Shown here one piece after another: positions 19,901 to 27,000 of a stretch of 40,744 nucleotides of DNA (position 1 is the first letter of the stretch; every line of letters begins with the position of its first letter). A program made the translations under genes and the position numbers. A model generated the notes under the pieces. That model was not told the DNA's origin, did no database searches, and saw only the letters and a program-made list of their open reading frames with translations. The DNA is from an uncultured bacterium (lineage in GTDB: Bacteria; Fidelibacterota; UBA2242), in contig CAZPRY010000010.1 of the NCBI GenBank assembly GCA_964589175.1, positions 62,000 through 102,743 of the forward strand, given 5' to 3'.

Positions 19901-21054
19901 TACGCGGATTTCGAATCGAACCGGCCGAGATCGAGCGCATGCTGTGCATGATTCAAACCGTTGAACAGGCCCTGGTGCTTTATCGTGAAATCCAGGCATT
20001 CGGACAGTCACGCCTGGCGTTGATTGCTTACCTGACTTCGGAAAATGACATCGACCAGCGTAAGTTGCGCCGGGAGCTCAAGGAATTCCTGCCGGATTAT
20101 ATGATTCCCGAATACTTTATCCGTCTTGGGGAATTTCCGCTTACTTCGAATGGGAAGATCGATCGCAAAGCGCTGCCGCTGCCCGGTCAAAATCCGGTCG
20201 AATCGGCATCATCCGCCCTTCCCGGCAGTGATTTGGAACGAGAAATTCTGGAGATTTGGCAAGAACTACTGGGCATCCGGGAGATCGGCGTCTATGATAA
20301 CTTTTTTGAGATCGGCGGCAGTTCGCTGCTGATTATCCAATTGCATTCCATTATTGAGGAGAAGTACCCCGGTAAAACCCGGATTACGGATCTGTTTTCG
20401 CATGCGAATATAGCAGCGCTGGCGGATTTCATTTCAGGCGCTGAAGAGGAAATGTCAAATGTAGCGGAGCCCCTGTTGTTTCCGGCGCGATATTTTGGCC
20501 GGATCCGGGGTGAACCGAGCGAGTTCCGGTTTGAGATTAAAGATGATCTCTATCAAAAGATTCGAGATCTCTGTTCGAACGGATCGATCGGATGCCTGGA
20601 TTTTTACGTAAGCGCGGTCATCTATCTTCTGTATGAAATTACGGAACAGGATCAGATCCAGCTGTTAATGAATTTGGCCGAAGCGGATGCATGGTATCTT
20701 TTCAAACTTGATCTGGCGGCGATCGATGGTGTGACCGAGTTGATTAAATTCGTGAAAGAGTCGCGGAATCGCAACGGCGATGGCACCCGGTGGGAAGATC
20801 TACAGGGACAGTATGAATTTACTGCGGATCACCACGTGGTTCCGATGATCCGCTTTAATTCCTCGAATCGCACGGCAGTACGAGGTCGACAGACAGGTGA
20901 TTTTTACCTGGAATTTTCCGAAAAGCGCGATCGACTTGAGGGTGTTTTACAGTGTGGCGATCGGTTCAATCGAAAGATGATCAGAGGTATTCTGGATCTG
21001 TATATGGAAGTCCTGCAATCGTTTTTACAAGAAATAGAACATGAAATTCGTTAA
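4999..21054 (+). CDS. Hybrid NRPS-PKS megasynthetase: C-T | C-A-T | KS-AT°(degenerate)-KR-ACP | C-A-T | C-A(Thr)-T-[C-terminal ~210-aa region]
   Basis: Uninterrupted 5351-aa ORF. Condensation HHxxxDG motifs: HHLINDGWG, HHIIMDGWS, HHIISDGSS, HHIISDGWS. Adenylation cores: YTSGTTGFPKG, YTSDTTGSPKG and YTSGSTGKPKG, plus YGPTE, YRTGD and NGK/NQK motifs. Carrier Ser motifs: GGHSL, LGATSF, LGVDSL, GGQSL, GGSSL. KS motifs: TGCSTSL, HGTGT, NLGHL. KR: GGSGGIG and YCSAN. Start uncertain (ATG 4999 or ATG 5023); no strong SD for either. Confidence 0.95.
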   Translation: MSRKDLRLMTNESTKNIFPLTSNQKLIWSEQRIYPVSPLYNICTYIAIDGFVDPDLLQRATQIVIDQNDALRLQFLEIDDEPYQQFLPHLSYQQSSLDFSGEDEPVQACLDWMQTQNERCLDISSAPLFQAALLKARPQQFFWYCKIHHLINDGWGNQVHMRKITEAYNALLHRTDSSPGFPYRDYIAAESNTTDARDDRKSMAFWREYLKPLPPALFRQRPDRKNIKAARTSARQSLSISRDLYKRLSDFAADREISLYHLFLSVIYLIFSRLRDTRDLIIGLPVLNRSGQKHKSGLGLYTGVSLLRVRPGSGETIAEIVTWIRSELRRIYRHQHVPLSKIRWRLFSKEANKVTLSSLSVSFLDHHLGLRFGEAVGQLRTLSNNHQQLPLTIYILKYDDSADAQVEFDYHLSYFTPQEMARITGRFSETLNLVMDNYKKPIDQIDIFTQEDRELLVGCSGPGRSTLPKNESLAEPLSQVTEPASGQSAIMVERDDQAQCETNSAETRLINLWKKIFIRKKIGRDDHFFEIGGHSLLATRLVSMIRTEFQVEIRLISIFDNPVLKDLAVRISSLEKAARRSIPVADQKAFYPVTPQQQNLWILSHKPGAGNIYNIPMAFQIGGGIDKTALESAFQSIVQRYEILHTVFIEEDGVPFQRVLEDYGFHLIEHDLRHEADKEAAARQIIEQYATERFDLEQGPLLKVILLELEKNRHVLLINIHHIIMDGWSCEILLRELSAAYRNLPPSSTAPLLQYKDYAVGHDRKLSDGSRETQHEYWKTKLSGDWLPLALPMDHPRPALMTYRGDRLRLNLPSGITRALGNFARTHDTSPYMLLTALVKILLYHYSGQDDIVVGTVNSGRTSEECIDIIGYFVQTLPLRDQVIPEEHFSLLLQRVKQTILEADANQDYPFERIVKDLDLPLDPSRNPLFDVFISYQDSEDFKLELKALSVEKYEFAYPISKFDLSFVFEQRGEDLALDIEFNTDLYRRDRIERMAGHLIELIRNAMAHSDRRIMDLSILSKREREQILDEFNHASSSSPDDRTIVELFQEQVLKSPDRTAVEFGQSRISYRELDEEAEKAAHRLREQHRVQPGDIVAVLLEPSERFIISIMGILKAGAAYLPIDPMAPTERVRFMLRDSSSEVLISDVAGLQEVDAIPDLIVVDIDEVRTSESQIAKNHESRAPKAGPDDPAYMIYTSGTTGFPKGVLIENRSLVNLIYAQKRQIGFTQDERHLLFFSISFDGSVFNIFLALLSGACLLIPKKEILLEPENFCQFLVDSGTTSLIVTPSFLHQLSREKFPTIRWIGTGGEPVIAEDVAYYSARMDYFNFYGPTEATIVAISCRLTPESSQRDLIGTPVDNCDIFILDESMNLRPVGIAGEICIGGAGLAKGYLNRPELTADKFVTNPVRTGELLYRTGDYGCWLPDGSIEFFGRRDNQVKVRGYRVELDEIVATLHKYPGIKQAVVTTKKSDSGNARLLAYVSGDQLEQNSKTVAEIRDYLQKSLPFYMLPSSIVVVPQIPLTINQKVDFKRLSGMEVKVRGTIPAADKAVRKLCEIFGTVLGVEISGIQPAAYFFDLGATSFDLMKVRGRIRTVLGIEVPITAFFQHPSINELAAYIASGQKKEKIDPVRDSGTIPKKDKIAIIGMAGRFPGAENITEFWNNLIEGKETIHFFTEEELENEGLPPDLFRAPNYVKAFGMLSGADCFDSQFFSYPGSWAESLDPQIRIFHEVVYAALEDAGVAPGAFPHRIGLYAGSSDNYRWRRFIQGAGQTGENEGWIDYMLAIRDFLTTHVAYKLNLRGPAVFVQTGCSTSLSATHMACRSLQMGECELAIAGGVTVSLPYDKGYHYEEGIIFSPDGHCRAFDAEASGTVPGNGAGAVVLKPLEQAVRDGDYIYAVIAGTAMNNDGSLKAGFTAPAVEGQVQVIRAARQEAGCDVESIGYVETHGTGTILGDPVEISALEQAFASEKRQFCAIGSLKTNLGHLDAAAGVAGLIKTALSLNFAKIPPSLHFKTPNPQIDFEHSPFYVNTELKEWPRQGTNADPIRRAGVSSFGIGGTNMHMILEEAPRPENIPAGTNPLPRILPLSVKDPDTLNRIRTNLVDFLRKHPHSRLQDLSYSLQFGRESHVYRHAFTVVNVEEAILKLSDSISPDKIIKTDITKSSKIVFLFPESGTDFLAMGRDLYRWYPRFRQEIDSGNESLRKIAGTDVKPLQIASDSSFSLDRDGEDSEIARLVLVIFGYALGKLLESWGVRPDAVAGYGLGEYTAACFSGIMTLDEALQLALERNELLTLAQDASTARPTKRVQQFSLQTPRIPHLSGLSGAWITDQEARDSGYWQNRFSQTSPFAAKPQELLAIEYAIYIGFGSDNLFTEAFQEHPDRGPGQQLINLFPGSDQEKASPAYLLNRIADLWCMGSMIDWTAVYPGPHRKIPLPGYPFQRKRFPVKPPVTQLNQNFVSEKQEELENWSYVPSWERVPFGIDEDSETVVILLFSDGNPLEYQFLEYFRSRSLKFITVGSGAQFIRSSADRFYIRPTERDDYLALFRQLADEDLVPDKVVHLRSLDIRVRESENLEDALQKSFYGLQHIVAARTSCAIHNPVSLIVVTENLFEVQGDEEIDPIKALVTGPVLTIPQEYPEIRISLIDIDPLQIRWKGATRLPARLLAEGRDRPGHEIIAYRGRYRWKRKYTPIPLKEASPGDLPLRNKGSYLITGGSGGIGFSIAKYLAGSYQARLALVARRGVSDEMQQTLKELGADVLAFSADVADYREMQKVFSAVAERFGRIDGVIHAAGVADGAVIQNRTREQSELVLEPKVSGTLNLHRLLEGKQTDFVLLCSSLASVIPIIGQFAYCSANAFEDAFANKMSNSGDTRWCSVSWDRWLDVGMAARFLEGHEGGQIGIHTDAGIEIFKRILNRQEPHIIISTGSLDPQVEKLRDTRSVFLELKHSAGIRNTESIDGELLADTNHNRSEVKNIVLNIWRDILTLPDLDADTNLFDLGVDSLKIMDAESRIQKQFRKKIPMAEFFRLPTVRDQTAYLSGSEKEVSDSIPRQAETAYYPVSSAQKRLFILQQLTADNILYNQPAVLRIEGSIEPARLESAFRNLIETVEVFRSSFHLVEDNPVQVIHPLEEIDFHIEFSRVMGEPIDVDEIMADFLQPFDLSKPPLIRVKLLETLTGITFLLIDIHHIISDGSSYIELFDSIGKLYAGEKITPPKIRFRDYAVWQQNQKALQEYCEQGKYWLNEFSGEIPILQLPNDFCPGTDPDFWGDHLECSIGVEETRAIKALARERNTTLFIVLLAAFKILLGKLSGQEDLIVGTPTAGRRRSEFQHLIGMFVDTLAIRSRPQKEKTFNEYLSEVQEKVLKAFENQEYQFEDLVEALNVTRVSGENPIFNVMFILQNMSKPALSLDNLKISVHPWKKKLSLFDLTLEVIEEGAELRLGFEYSTWLFQRETIAQYADYYRELLHSIVAAPDSPIAEIQMLPPAMREQILHDFSNSGSALAEEKTVMEIFHEQLLKSPDRTALKFGQYRLSYRELDEEAEQVAHRLCEQHRIQPGDIVAVLLEPSERFIISVLGILKAGAAYLPIDPVTPTERIRFMLRDSCSEVVISDVAGLKNVAAIPDLIVVDIDEVRKKEYQTAESHASPAQKASPGDPVYMIYTSDTTGSPKGVLIENRALANLVCAQKRRLDFTSDERHLLFFSISFDGSVFDIFLPLLSGACLVIPKKEVLLEPENFCQFLVDSGTTSLIVTPSFLHQIPGEKFPKIRRICTAGEPVIAKDAAYYSARMDYYCHYGPTETTIMATCCKLLPESRERNLIGIPIDNCDIFILDESMNLQPIGIAGEICVGGAGLARGYLNRPELTVEKFVVNPFKTGELLYRTGDYGCWLADGSIEFLGRRDQQVKLQGYRIELAEIESRIMNYPDIDGAAVLLRASQEDRQLWAYIISPNGKFSLDEIRKYLKEFLPEYMLPTGFSLVDNFPLTVNGKIDRDALARLSDGETQVLTSADFQMPRNDHDRRLVKIWSQLLLNEKIGLHDNFFESGGQSLMGVLLLAAIEQEFRVKLRLLDIFRYPVLADMSDLILSRSPNQGKSISRLPAMDHYPVSNAQRRLWILSNIGAETGAYDIAGTLLLKGQLNRGALERAIQRIVERHESLRTVFIVVKGEPRQKILEKPDFHIRIKSIGNSLQEEFNRNLKERFDLQKGPLFKAILYPIADDRHILFINMHHIISDGWSISVLTRELGQLYEAYLHGISDPLATLQYQYKDYTAWQNKMLGSDEFAEHRRFWHTKLAGELPVMNLPIDIARPSVRSFQGDAVRLMLDKAQTRDLNRLGVKQNVTLFIILKALVSVLLHRYSNQDDLIIGTSVAARERKELFDQIGFFVNTLALRTTISTEEPFSVLLERTKIEMLDAYEHQLYPFDLLVEELKIERDITRNPIFDVMLVLQNNEPMNLVFGGLVCEETDLDYAFSKFDLTFNFREMDGDLKLNLEYNTDIFHRERIERMGGHFEMLVKEVLRDSDCPIGKLQLLTASETQMLLGRFGEPEVVFPVKETIVSMFRRQLAQRADATALLYQDREMTYRELDERSNAVAARLKTVGALESNKIAAVILDRSDLAVAVFLGILKAGAAYLPIDPDYPPERIRYMLADSAATVLITEEKHSGEARKIIGDSLSVSEIIEIEKIDSSPEYKEEHFNSDTAAYIIYTSGSTGKPKGCIITHRNLISLIFNDRFPYKFSADDVWISAHSFCFDFSVWEMYGALLFGGRFVIISPDEVRRTDRFLDLLIEHQVTVLNQTPGAFYNLIEVEKQRESHDLAAHLRYVIFGGDRLDPHYLKPWLKNYPLNRISLINMFGITETTIHVTYGPLTEKDILASTGTSPIGRPLPDLNVYLFDEQMNLVPVGVPGEIWVGGPQVSPGYLNRPDLNRERFITSPFKAGETLYRSGDLAGWNSDGSLEYLGRNDHQVQVRGFRIEPAEIERMLCMIQTVEQALVLYREIQAFGQSRLALIAYLTSENDIDQRKLRRELKEFLPDYMIPEYFIRLGEFPLTSNGKIDRKALPLPGQNPVESASSALPGSDLEREILEIWQELLGIREIGVYDNFFEIGGSSLLIIQLHSIIEEKYPGKTRITDLFSHANIAALADFISGAEEEMSNVAEPLLFPARYFGRIRGEPSEFRFEIKDDLYQKIRDLCSNGSIGCLDFYVSAVIYLLYEITEQDQIQLLMNLAEADAWYLFKLDLAAIDGVTELIKFVKESRNRNGDGTRWEDLQGQYEFTADHHVVPMIRFNSSNRTAVRGRQTGDFYLEFSEKRDRLEGVLQCGDRFNRKMIRGILDLYMEVLQSFLQEIEHEIR
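5059..6370 (+). other. Condensation domain C1 (N-terminal, starter-type position)
   Basis: HHLINDGWG at ~5441. No adenylation domain follows before the next carrier domain. Boundaries approximate. Confidence 0.8.
6505..6725 (+). other. Carrier domain T0 (PCP)
   Basis: DDHFFEIGGHSLLATRL with GGHSL at ~6592. Confidence 0.8.
6766..8095 (+). other. Condensation domain C2
   Basis: FYPVTPQQQNLW N-terminal motif; HHIIMDGWS at ~7160. Confidence 0.85.
8125..9630 (+). other. Adenylation domain A1 (substrate not assignable; pocket residues approx D-G-F-I-G-G-F-I-V-K)
   Basis: LSYRELDEEAE (A1), LKAGAAYLPID (A2), YTSGTTGFPKG (A3), FDGS (A4), NFYGPTE (A5), GELCIGGAGLAKGY (A6), YRTGD (A7), GRRDNQVKVRGYRVELDEI (A8), NQKVD (A10 K). 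Confidence 0.85.
8140..9350 (+). repeat. Intragenic direct repeat, copy 1 (A1 adenylation core), ~90% nt identity to copy 2
   Basis: Long identical runs shared with copy 2, e.g. gagatat(t/c)gtcgctgtactgctggagccatccgagcgatttatcatctct and aattcctgatttaat(c/t)gtcgtggatattgatgaagt. Shadow ORFs 8479..8700(-) and 8988..9197(-) mirror 15874..16095(-) and 16383..16592(-), offset ~7395 nt. Confidence 0.85.
9640..9850 (+). other. Carrier domain T1 (atypical Ser motif FFDLGATSF)
   Basis: YFFDLGATSFDLMK at ~9730-9760. The usual GG(H/D)S is replaced by GATS, but the Ser is kept. Confidence 0.65.
9910..11190 (+). other. Ketosynthase KS1
   Basis: IAIIGMAGRFPGA at the start; active-site Cys in TGCSTSL (~10430); HGTGT (~10840); NLGHL (~10950); GGTNMH at the end. 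Confidence 0.9.
11497..12340 (+). other. Degenerate acyltransferase-like domain (AT°): GHSxG replaced by GYGLG, GQG motif absent, small subdomain shortened
   Basis: Lies in the cis-AT position after a ~100-aa KS-AT linker. VFLFPESGTDFLAMGRDLY stands in place of FLFPGQGSQYxGMGxxLY. AGYGLGEYTAA (codons 11779-11796) stands in place of GHSLGEYxA, with the Ser replaced by Gly at 11785-11787. Ends with the post-AT linker YPFQRKRFPV (~12311). Confidence 0.7.
12390..13760 (+). other. Ketoreductase KR1 (structural + catalytic subdomains), predicted active
   Basis: Rossmann motif TGGSGGIG (~13141); catalytic Tyr/Asn in YCSAN (~13555); K/S positions plausible. Confidence 0.8.
13900..14110 (+). other. 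ACP1
   Basis: LFDLGVDSLKIMD (~14000). Confidence 0.8.
14170..15480 (+). other. Condensation domain C3
   Basis: YYPVSSAQKRLF N-terminal motif; HHIISDGSS (~14557). Confidence 0.85.
15510..17000 (+). other. Adenylation domain A2 (recent duplicate of A1; P-loop variant TSDTTGSPKG; pocket approx D-G-F-I-C-A-H-I-M-K)
   Basis: Nearly identical to A1 through motifs A1-A8. Asp codon 15991-15993 replaces the conserved Gly of TSGTTGxPKG. YCHYGPTETTIMA stands where A1 has NFYGPTEATIVA. Confidence 0.85.
15530..16745 (+). repeat. Intragenic direct repeat, copy 2 (A2 adenylation core)
   Basis: See copy 1. Identity decays after motif A8 (A9-A10 subdomain diverged). Confidence 0.85.
17040..17250 (+). other. 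Carrier domain T2
   Basis: DNFFESGGQSLMG (~17131). Confidence 0.8.
17290..18600 (+). other. Condensation domain C4
   Basis: HYPVSNAQRRLW; HHIISDGWS (~17680). Confidence 0.85.
18670..20190 (+). other. Adenylation domain A3, predicted Thr-activating
   Basis: FDFSVWE (A4) and INMFGITETTIHV (A5). Positions 235/236/239/278/299/301/322/330/331/517 read D-F-W-N-I-G-M-I-H-K, against the published Thr code DFWNIGMVHK (9/10, conservative V->I). Confidence 0.75.
20215..20420 (+). other. Carrier domain T3
   Basis: DNFFEIGGSSLLI (~20316). Confidence 0.8.
20420..21051 (+). other. C-terminal ~210-aa region of unknown function; possible degenerate C-domain fragment or an inter-protein docking region handing over to the ORF2 KS
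   Basis: No HHxxxDG, no carrier or TE motifs. GCLDFYVSAVIYLLYEITEQDQIQLL weakly resembles the central TLFMxLLAAFxxLLxRYSGQ region of C domains. Confidence 0.3.
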
Positions 21055-24000
21055 ATGAAGAAGATAATCAAGTACGAAAACATAAATCCCGCGAAGAATC
21101 CGGAGCTTAGCGTCGAGGAGATTGACTTAAAGGATATCGCGATAATCGGTATCGGTTTACGCTTAATGGATTATACCGGCACGGAAGATCTGTGGAATGA
21201 TCTGATCACGAGTCAGGATAAGATCAGCCGGTTTCCCGAAAACCGGAAAGCCGATACCACCGCTATGTTAGTTCGTCAAGGTAAAAATAATCCCGGGATT
21301 TCGTTCAGTGAGCAAGCCTATTTGGATTCCATTGATGCGTTCGACCGGTCCTTCTTCCGCATCTCGCCGAAAGAGGCGATGTTCATCAACCCAGGGCACC
21401 GCATTTTTCTGGAAACAGCCTGGCGGGCAGTGGAGGATGCCGGATACGGTGGCGACCGGCTTAAAAATTCGAGCACAGGCGTATATCTCGGAATTGTACC
21501 GGATCGCAACTACTCTGATTTTGTGTACAGCCTTTACCCGGATCAGGCGGACAAAATTTTTGTTGGCAATGTTCCTTCCAATGCCGCCAGCCGTATCTCC
21601 TATATTTTGGACTGGCACGGACCGGCGGTGAACATCGATACTGCCTGTTCATCATCCCTGGTAGCGGTTCATCTTGCCTGTCGCGCATTGCGGAACCGGG
21701 AATGCGACGTAGCGCTGGCCGGCGGTGTGAACATCAACCTCTTGCCGGTCGCAGTATCACAGGAGATCGATATCATCTCTGCGGATGGCCGGACGCGCAC
21801 CTTTGACGAATCTTCCGATGGTACCGGCGGTGGCGAGGGCGTGCTGGCGATTTTGCTAAAACCGCTGACTTATGCCCTGCGTGATCACGACCACATCCAT
21901 GCTGTAATTAAAGGAAGCGCGGTAAACAACGATGGGGATTCAGCCGGAATGACGGTGCCCAATGCGAAGGCCCAGGCGGATGTGATCCGAACTGCCTGGA
22001 AGGACGCCGGAATTTCACCCGAGTCCATCGGTTATATCGAGGCCCATGGAACCGGTACGCGCTTGGGAGATCCGATCGAGATCGATGGGATCCAAAGGGC
22101 GTTTTCAAATTACAGCCGCAGAAAGCAGTTTATCCCGATCGGTTCGGTGAAGTCCAACTTTGGACACCTGGATGCCGCTGCCGGAATTCTGGGATTGATC
22201 AAAAGCGTCCTCTGTCTCCGCAACCGAATGATTCCCCCTATCGTGCATTTTCGGAGTCCGAATAAAAATATTCCCTTTGCCGATACCCCGGTATATCCCT
22301 GCGCGGAGTTGATGGAATGGAAAAAAGATGATCTGCCCCGCCGTTGTGGAATCAGTTCCTTCGGATTGAGCGGTACCAATTGCCATGTCATCCTCGAAGA
22401 AGCACCCGAACTTGAATCACAACCGGAAGACAGGCTGACCCGAAACCACTTGTTCACACTTTCCGCCCGTGATTCGGATGCTTTAAAGCGCTACGCGGAG
22501 CTTCTTTTTCATTTTCTGGAACAGACAGCGGATCTATCGCTTCCAGATGTCTGCTTTACACTGAATAGCGGTCGTGGTCATTATAATCATCGTATTGCGA
22601 TTGTCGTCCCGGAGATATCCGTACTTAGAAAAAAACTGCAGTTCCTGTTGGAAAAGGGACTCAGATCTGATCCCGCTCAGGGGATATTTTATCATCAATT
22701 TATGCTGGTTCCCGAAAATTCAAACGAAGAAAAGGCGAGTGCTTTCACTCAAAAATCGATACGTACGGTGAGCGCCGAGACCAGGGAACTCATTAAGCAA
22801 TTTCTCGATGAACCCAAAGAAACGCTCCTTTCCCGAATTGCCGAGAAATACGTGAATGGTGCGGATATCGATTGGGAGCATTTCTATCCCCCGGATTCTA
22901 CCCGCCGAGTTTCCCTGCCGCCCTACCCGTTCGAGAAGAAACGGTGCTGGCCGGATCTTTCTGCGACTATTGCCAAAGAGGCTACGCGATACAGCAGCCG
23001 CTACTCTGATTTCCGGCCGGCGGTTTTCCTGAAGCATTTGCTCGCGGAAAGCGAAGCGATGTCTGTTTTCTCAATCCGTCTCGATCCCGAAACTGACTGG
23101 GTTTTAAAAGAGCATCGCATTGCCGGCAAACCTACCCTGGTAGGGGCCGCCTATTTCCAGATCTTATTCGAAGCAGCCGAATATCTCGGATACAATAATG
23201 GTTTCGAAATTAATGAATTGCAGATACGCAAAACGCTGACCACAGAAAAAGCGGTTGAAATCTTATTAATCCTGCACAGGCAAAAGCAAGAGGTTCGGGC
23301 TGTCTTCCAGGAGAAGGACGAAAATTCAGGTTGGATTGACTATGCATCCGCCCGGCTTTCCAAACTGAATTCGTTGCCGGACAAGCCGGTTGATCTGGAC
23401 GAAATCAGGAATCAATATTCTTCGATGCTGGATGTAAATAAAGAAGATTTGAAGAGAGCCGCAATTGCGAGCGCCGTGCAGACCTCCGAAAGATGGCACT
23501 GTCTGAACAGAGTTTACAGCGACGGAAAGCAGAAGCTCGGGCAATTCAGCCTACCGGGCAGCTTCCGCGGCGATTTGCCTGCCTACCGCATGCATCCGGG
23601 GATGCTGGATGTGGCCATGAGTCTTAACCTGCAGACTCCCGGTTTCTTTCCGGCGGCAGGTTTCGGTCTGCGAATATACAAACCACTTCCGTCTGAAATA
23701 TACAGCCATATTCGAAAAAAGGTCTCGGATTCGGCGAAATCGCTGGAATTCTCCATCACACTGACCGACATGGAAGGAAATATTCTGGCGGATTTTGAAC
23801 GCTTTCTTTTCCTGCGAAGCGAGAGGGAATTGCCTGCAGCGGCGGCACTGGTTCGGAAAATCCGCTGGTCGGAGATTCCCGGGATCGAATATTCCGCTAC
23901 CGGAGCCAGGCCTGATTTTCTCTTGATTGGCAGGGGATCAGCATTTCAGCGATTACGTGAAAATCTTATGAAGCAGGCGCCCGGTTTTTCGGTTTTCGAT

Positions 24001-27000
24001 CTGGCGGACGAACCTGAGACGGTAACAATAGTTGCAGAGTTACAGGAGAAACGGCTCCGCTATATTCTCTTTTTATCAGATTTAGATCGAGGGACGCTGG
24101 CAATCGAGGATCTCTACCGTTTTATTCAGAAAGATCTGCTCGCTGTGTTTGATTTGGCAGGGGAACTCACCCGTAGCCCATACGGCGGTTCGCTGAATAT
24201 CATGATTGCCGGAATGAACACCTGGAACGTTTCCGGGACCGAGGCAGAGCTGAATCCCCACTTCTCGATGCTGGCTGGTTTGGGCAGCGTAATCGGAATC
24301 GAAAATCAAAATGTCAAATGCCGGTTTGTAGATCTGGATACGGCTGAATCTGCGGAAAATCTGCCGGCGAATTTCGATCTCATATTTGCTTTAGCCTATC
24401 AAAAAATCGCGATTCGGAGCGCTAAACTTTTCGCCGAAAATATTTCCCGGCGGGAAGCGGCTTCGCAAGCGGGAAAAGTGTGTGTGCCCAAAGAGCAGGG
24501 AGTGTACCTGATCACCGGCGGGCTGAGCGGTATCGGGCTCGAAATTGCCCGACATTTTTCCCGGCAGAAAAAAGTGAAGCTGGCTCTGCTGGCCCGTTCC
24601 AAATTTCCCAAACGGGAAGATTGGCCGAATATCATCCGGACCAGCGATGACGAACGGCTGCGTTCCCGGTTGCAGCTTTTAGCCGGGATCGTAGAATCCG
24701 GCAGTGAATTACTGATTCTTTCGGCGGATGTGGCGGATGCCGAACAGATCACAGCTGCCCTCGAAAAGATACATAGCAGCTTCGGCAAGATAAACGGAGT
24801 CATCCATTGCGCCGGTGTTGCCGGTGACGGTTTCATTTTCAGGAAAAGTGCCGATGCGTTCCTGGCGACGCTGGCTCCCAAGGTTCAGGGGAGCTGGTTG
24901 TTGGATCGATTGACGAGAGAAGATCATCCCGACTTTTTTCTGCTCTGTTCCGCATTGACAGCCCTGACCGGTGCACCCGGACAAAGCGACTATACGGCCG
25001 CGAACTGTTTTCTGGATGCGTTCGCCGATTTTCGGCAGAAGGCGGGGCAGACGACGGTTGCAATCAACTGGCCGGCCTGGAAAGAGACCGGTATGGCCTT
25101 CAATCATGATGTCGTGCAGGATACCCTTTTCTATGCGCTCGACACCCGCGATGCTCTCGCCGGATTATCCGGGATTTCGACGGATCACGGAACGCGCGTA
25201 ATCATCGGCGAATTGAATGGCGAACTGATCCGCTCCCTGGAGATCGATCTGCCGATTATGATTGAGGCCTATGCTACCAAATCCATTACAACCCAAGACA
25301 TCCATCCGGAAGGGGCGGCAATCGAAGAATCCGTTCCGGAAAGAACGGTTCAATTGACCGGTCGGGACGATGGCGCTTATTCAGATACCGAAAGGATCGT
25401 CGCCGGAGTTTGGGCGGATATTCTCGGATACGAAGAAATCAATGTTTTCGAAGACTACTTCGGATTGGGCGGGGATTCAATTGATGCGCTGGAAATCGGC
25501 AATGAGTTTTCGAAACGATTTGGGCTCAATCTTTCCATCGACGCGATTTATAAGAATGCTACTATTGTAGAATATGCCGCTTTCATCAACGATCAGCGTC
25601 CAGCGGCTCAAAGCGCAAAGCGCCGGCCGGCCGGAAAAGTAGTTATCTCAAAAAGCCCGAAAGCAGCTCATTATCCGGTCTCGGCATCCCAGAGGCGCCT
25701 GTACTTTTTCTACAAATTTCTGAAAGACAATACCGCCTATAATCTGCCGCTGGCGTGGAAGCTGGAAGGGAATGTAGATCCGCGGCGCCTCGAAGCCGCC
25801 TTTCAGCAGCTCATCGATCGGAATGAAATACTGCGGACCCGCTTCGATCTGTATAGAGATGAACCTGTCCAGATTGTGGAAGATCAACTGGAATTCCATA
25901 TTCCTGTGATCGACAGCAGTGAGGATCAACTGGAAGCGAGAGTGGCGCAGTTCATTCAACCTTTCGATTTAGCGGCATGTCCGCTCATCCGGGCAGAGTT
26001 ACTGAGATTCAGCGACCGGCAATCTGTTTTGCTGTTCGATATCCATCACATCATAGCGGATGCCATGTCCCTGGATATTATTATGATGGATCTGATCAAG
26101 ATTTATCATAATGAAGAACTTCGGGAGCAGACTCTGCAGTTTCGTGATTATGCGGTCTGGGAACATGACTATCTGACATCCGATCAGATGAAATCGCATC
26201 ACGATTATTGGATGAATCGCTTTTCTACGGATCCTCCGATTCTGGATTTTCCGTTGGATTTTCCAAGACCGGCGGTGAGTGAATACAGCGGGGATGTAAC
26301 CGGTTTCGAATTGGAATCCGGATTGTTCGAAAGGGTCAAAACGTTCGCCCGCGGGAAGCAGAGTACGCCATTTACGGTTCTGGTTTCCGCCCTGGTTCTG
26401 ACATTATATCGCTACACCGGTCAGGAAGATATCGTGATTGGAATCGCAGAGAACGGCAGGCATCTTTCCGAACTGGAAAAGATGATCGGCATGTTCATCA
26501 ACAATCTTCCGATCCGTAGTTTTCCCCATCCCGATCAAACGGTTGACGACTTTTTTAACGATTTGAAAAAAACTGTCATAGAGGCCTTTGAACATAAAAA
26601 TTATCCCTTTGACGAACTGGTCGAAAAGCTGAATCCCTATCGGGATACGAGCCGCAACCCGATATTTGACATCGTATTTTCTTATTTGAATTTCCACGAA
26701 ATGATAGGTGACTTTAAGACTTCTGAATTCAGTATTACTCCCTATCAAAGTCTATCTAAGAATTCTTCCAAGTATGATATTGCGATTTTCGCCACGGAAT
26801 ACCCGGATAAGGTCTTTTTCGGATTTGAGTACTATTCTGCCATTTTTCGAAAAGAATCCATTGAGCAGTTCGGACGCGTATTCAGGAACATTCTCAATCG
26901 TATGATTGCTGATCCGCAGCAGACCATCTCCGAAATCGATCTTATCGACGGACAAGAGCAGGATCGCATCTTGAGGGAGTTCAACGATGGCCGATCCGAT

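Noticed and set aside
21040-21070. Possibility that ORF1 and ORF2 are one gene split by a frameshift or sequencing error
   Set aside because: A clean TAAATG stop-start overlap sits immediately before a canonical KS N-terminus (~25 aa lead). There is no residual domain fragment spanning the junction, so it was treated as two translationally coupled genes.
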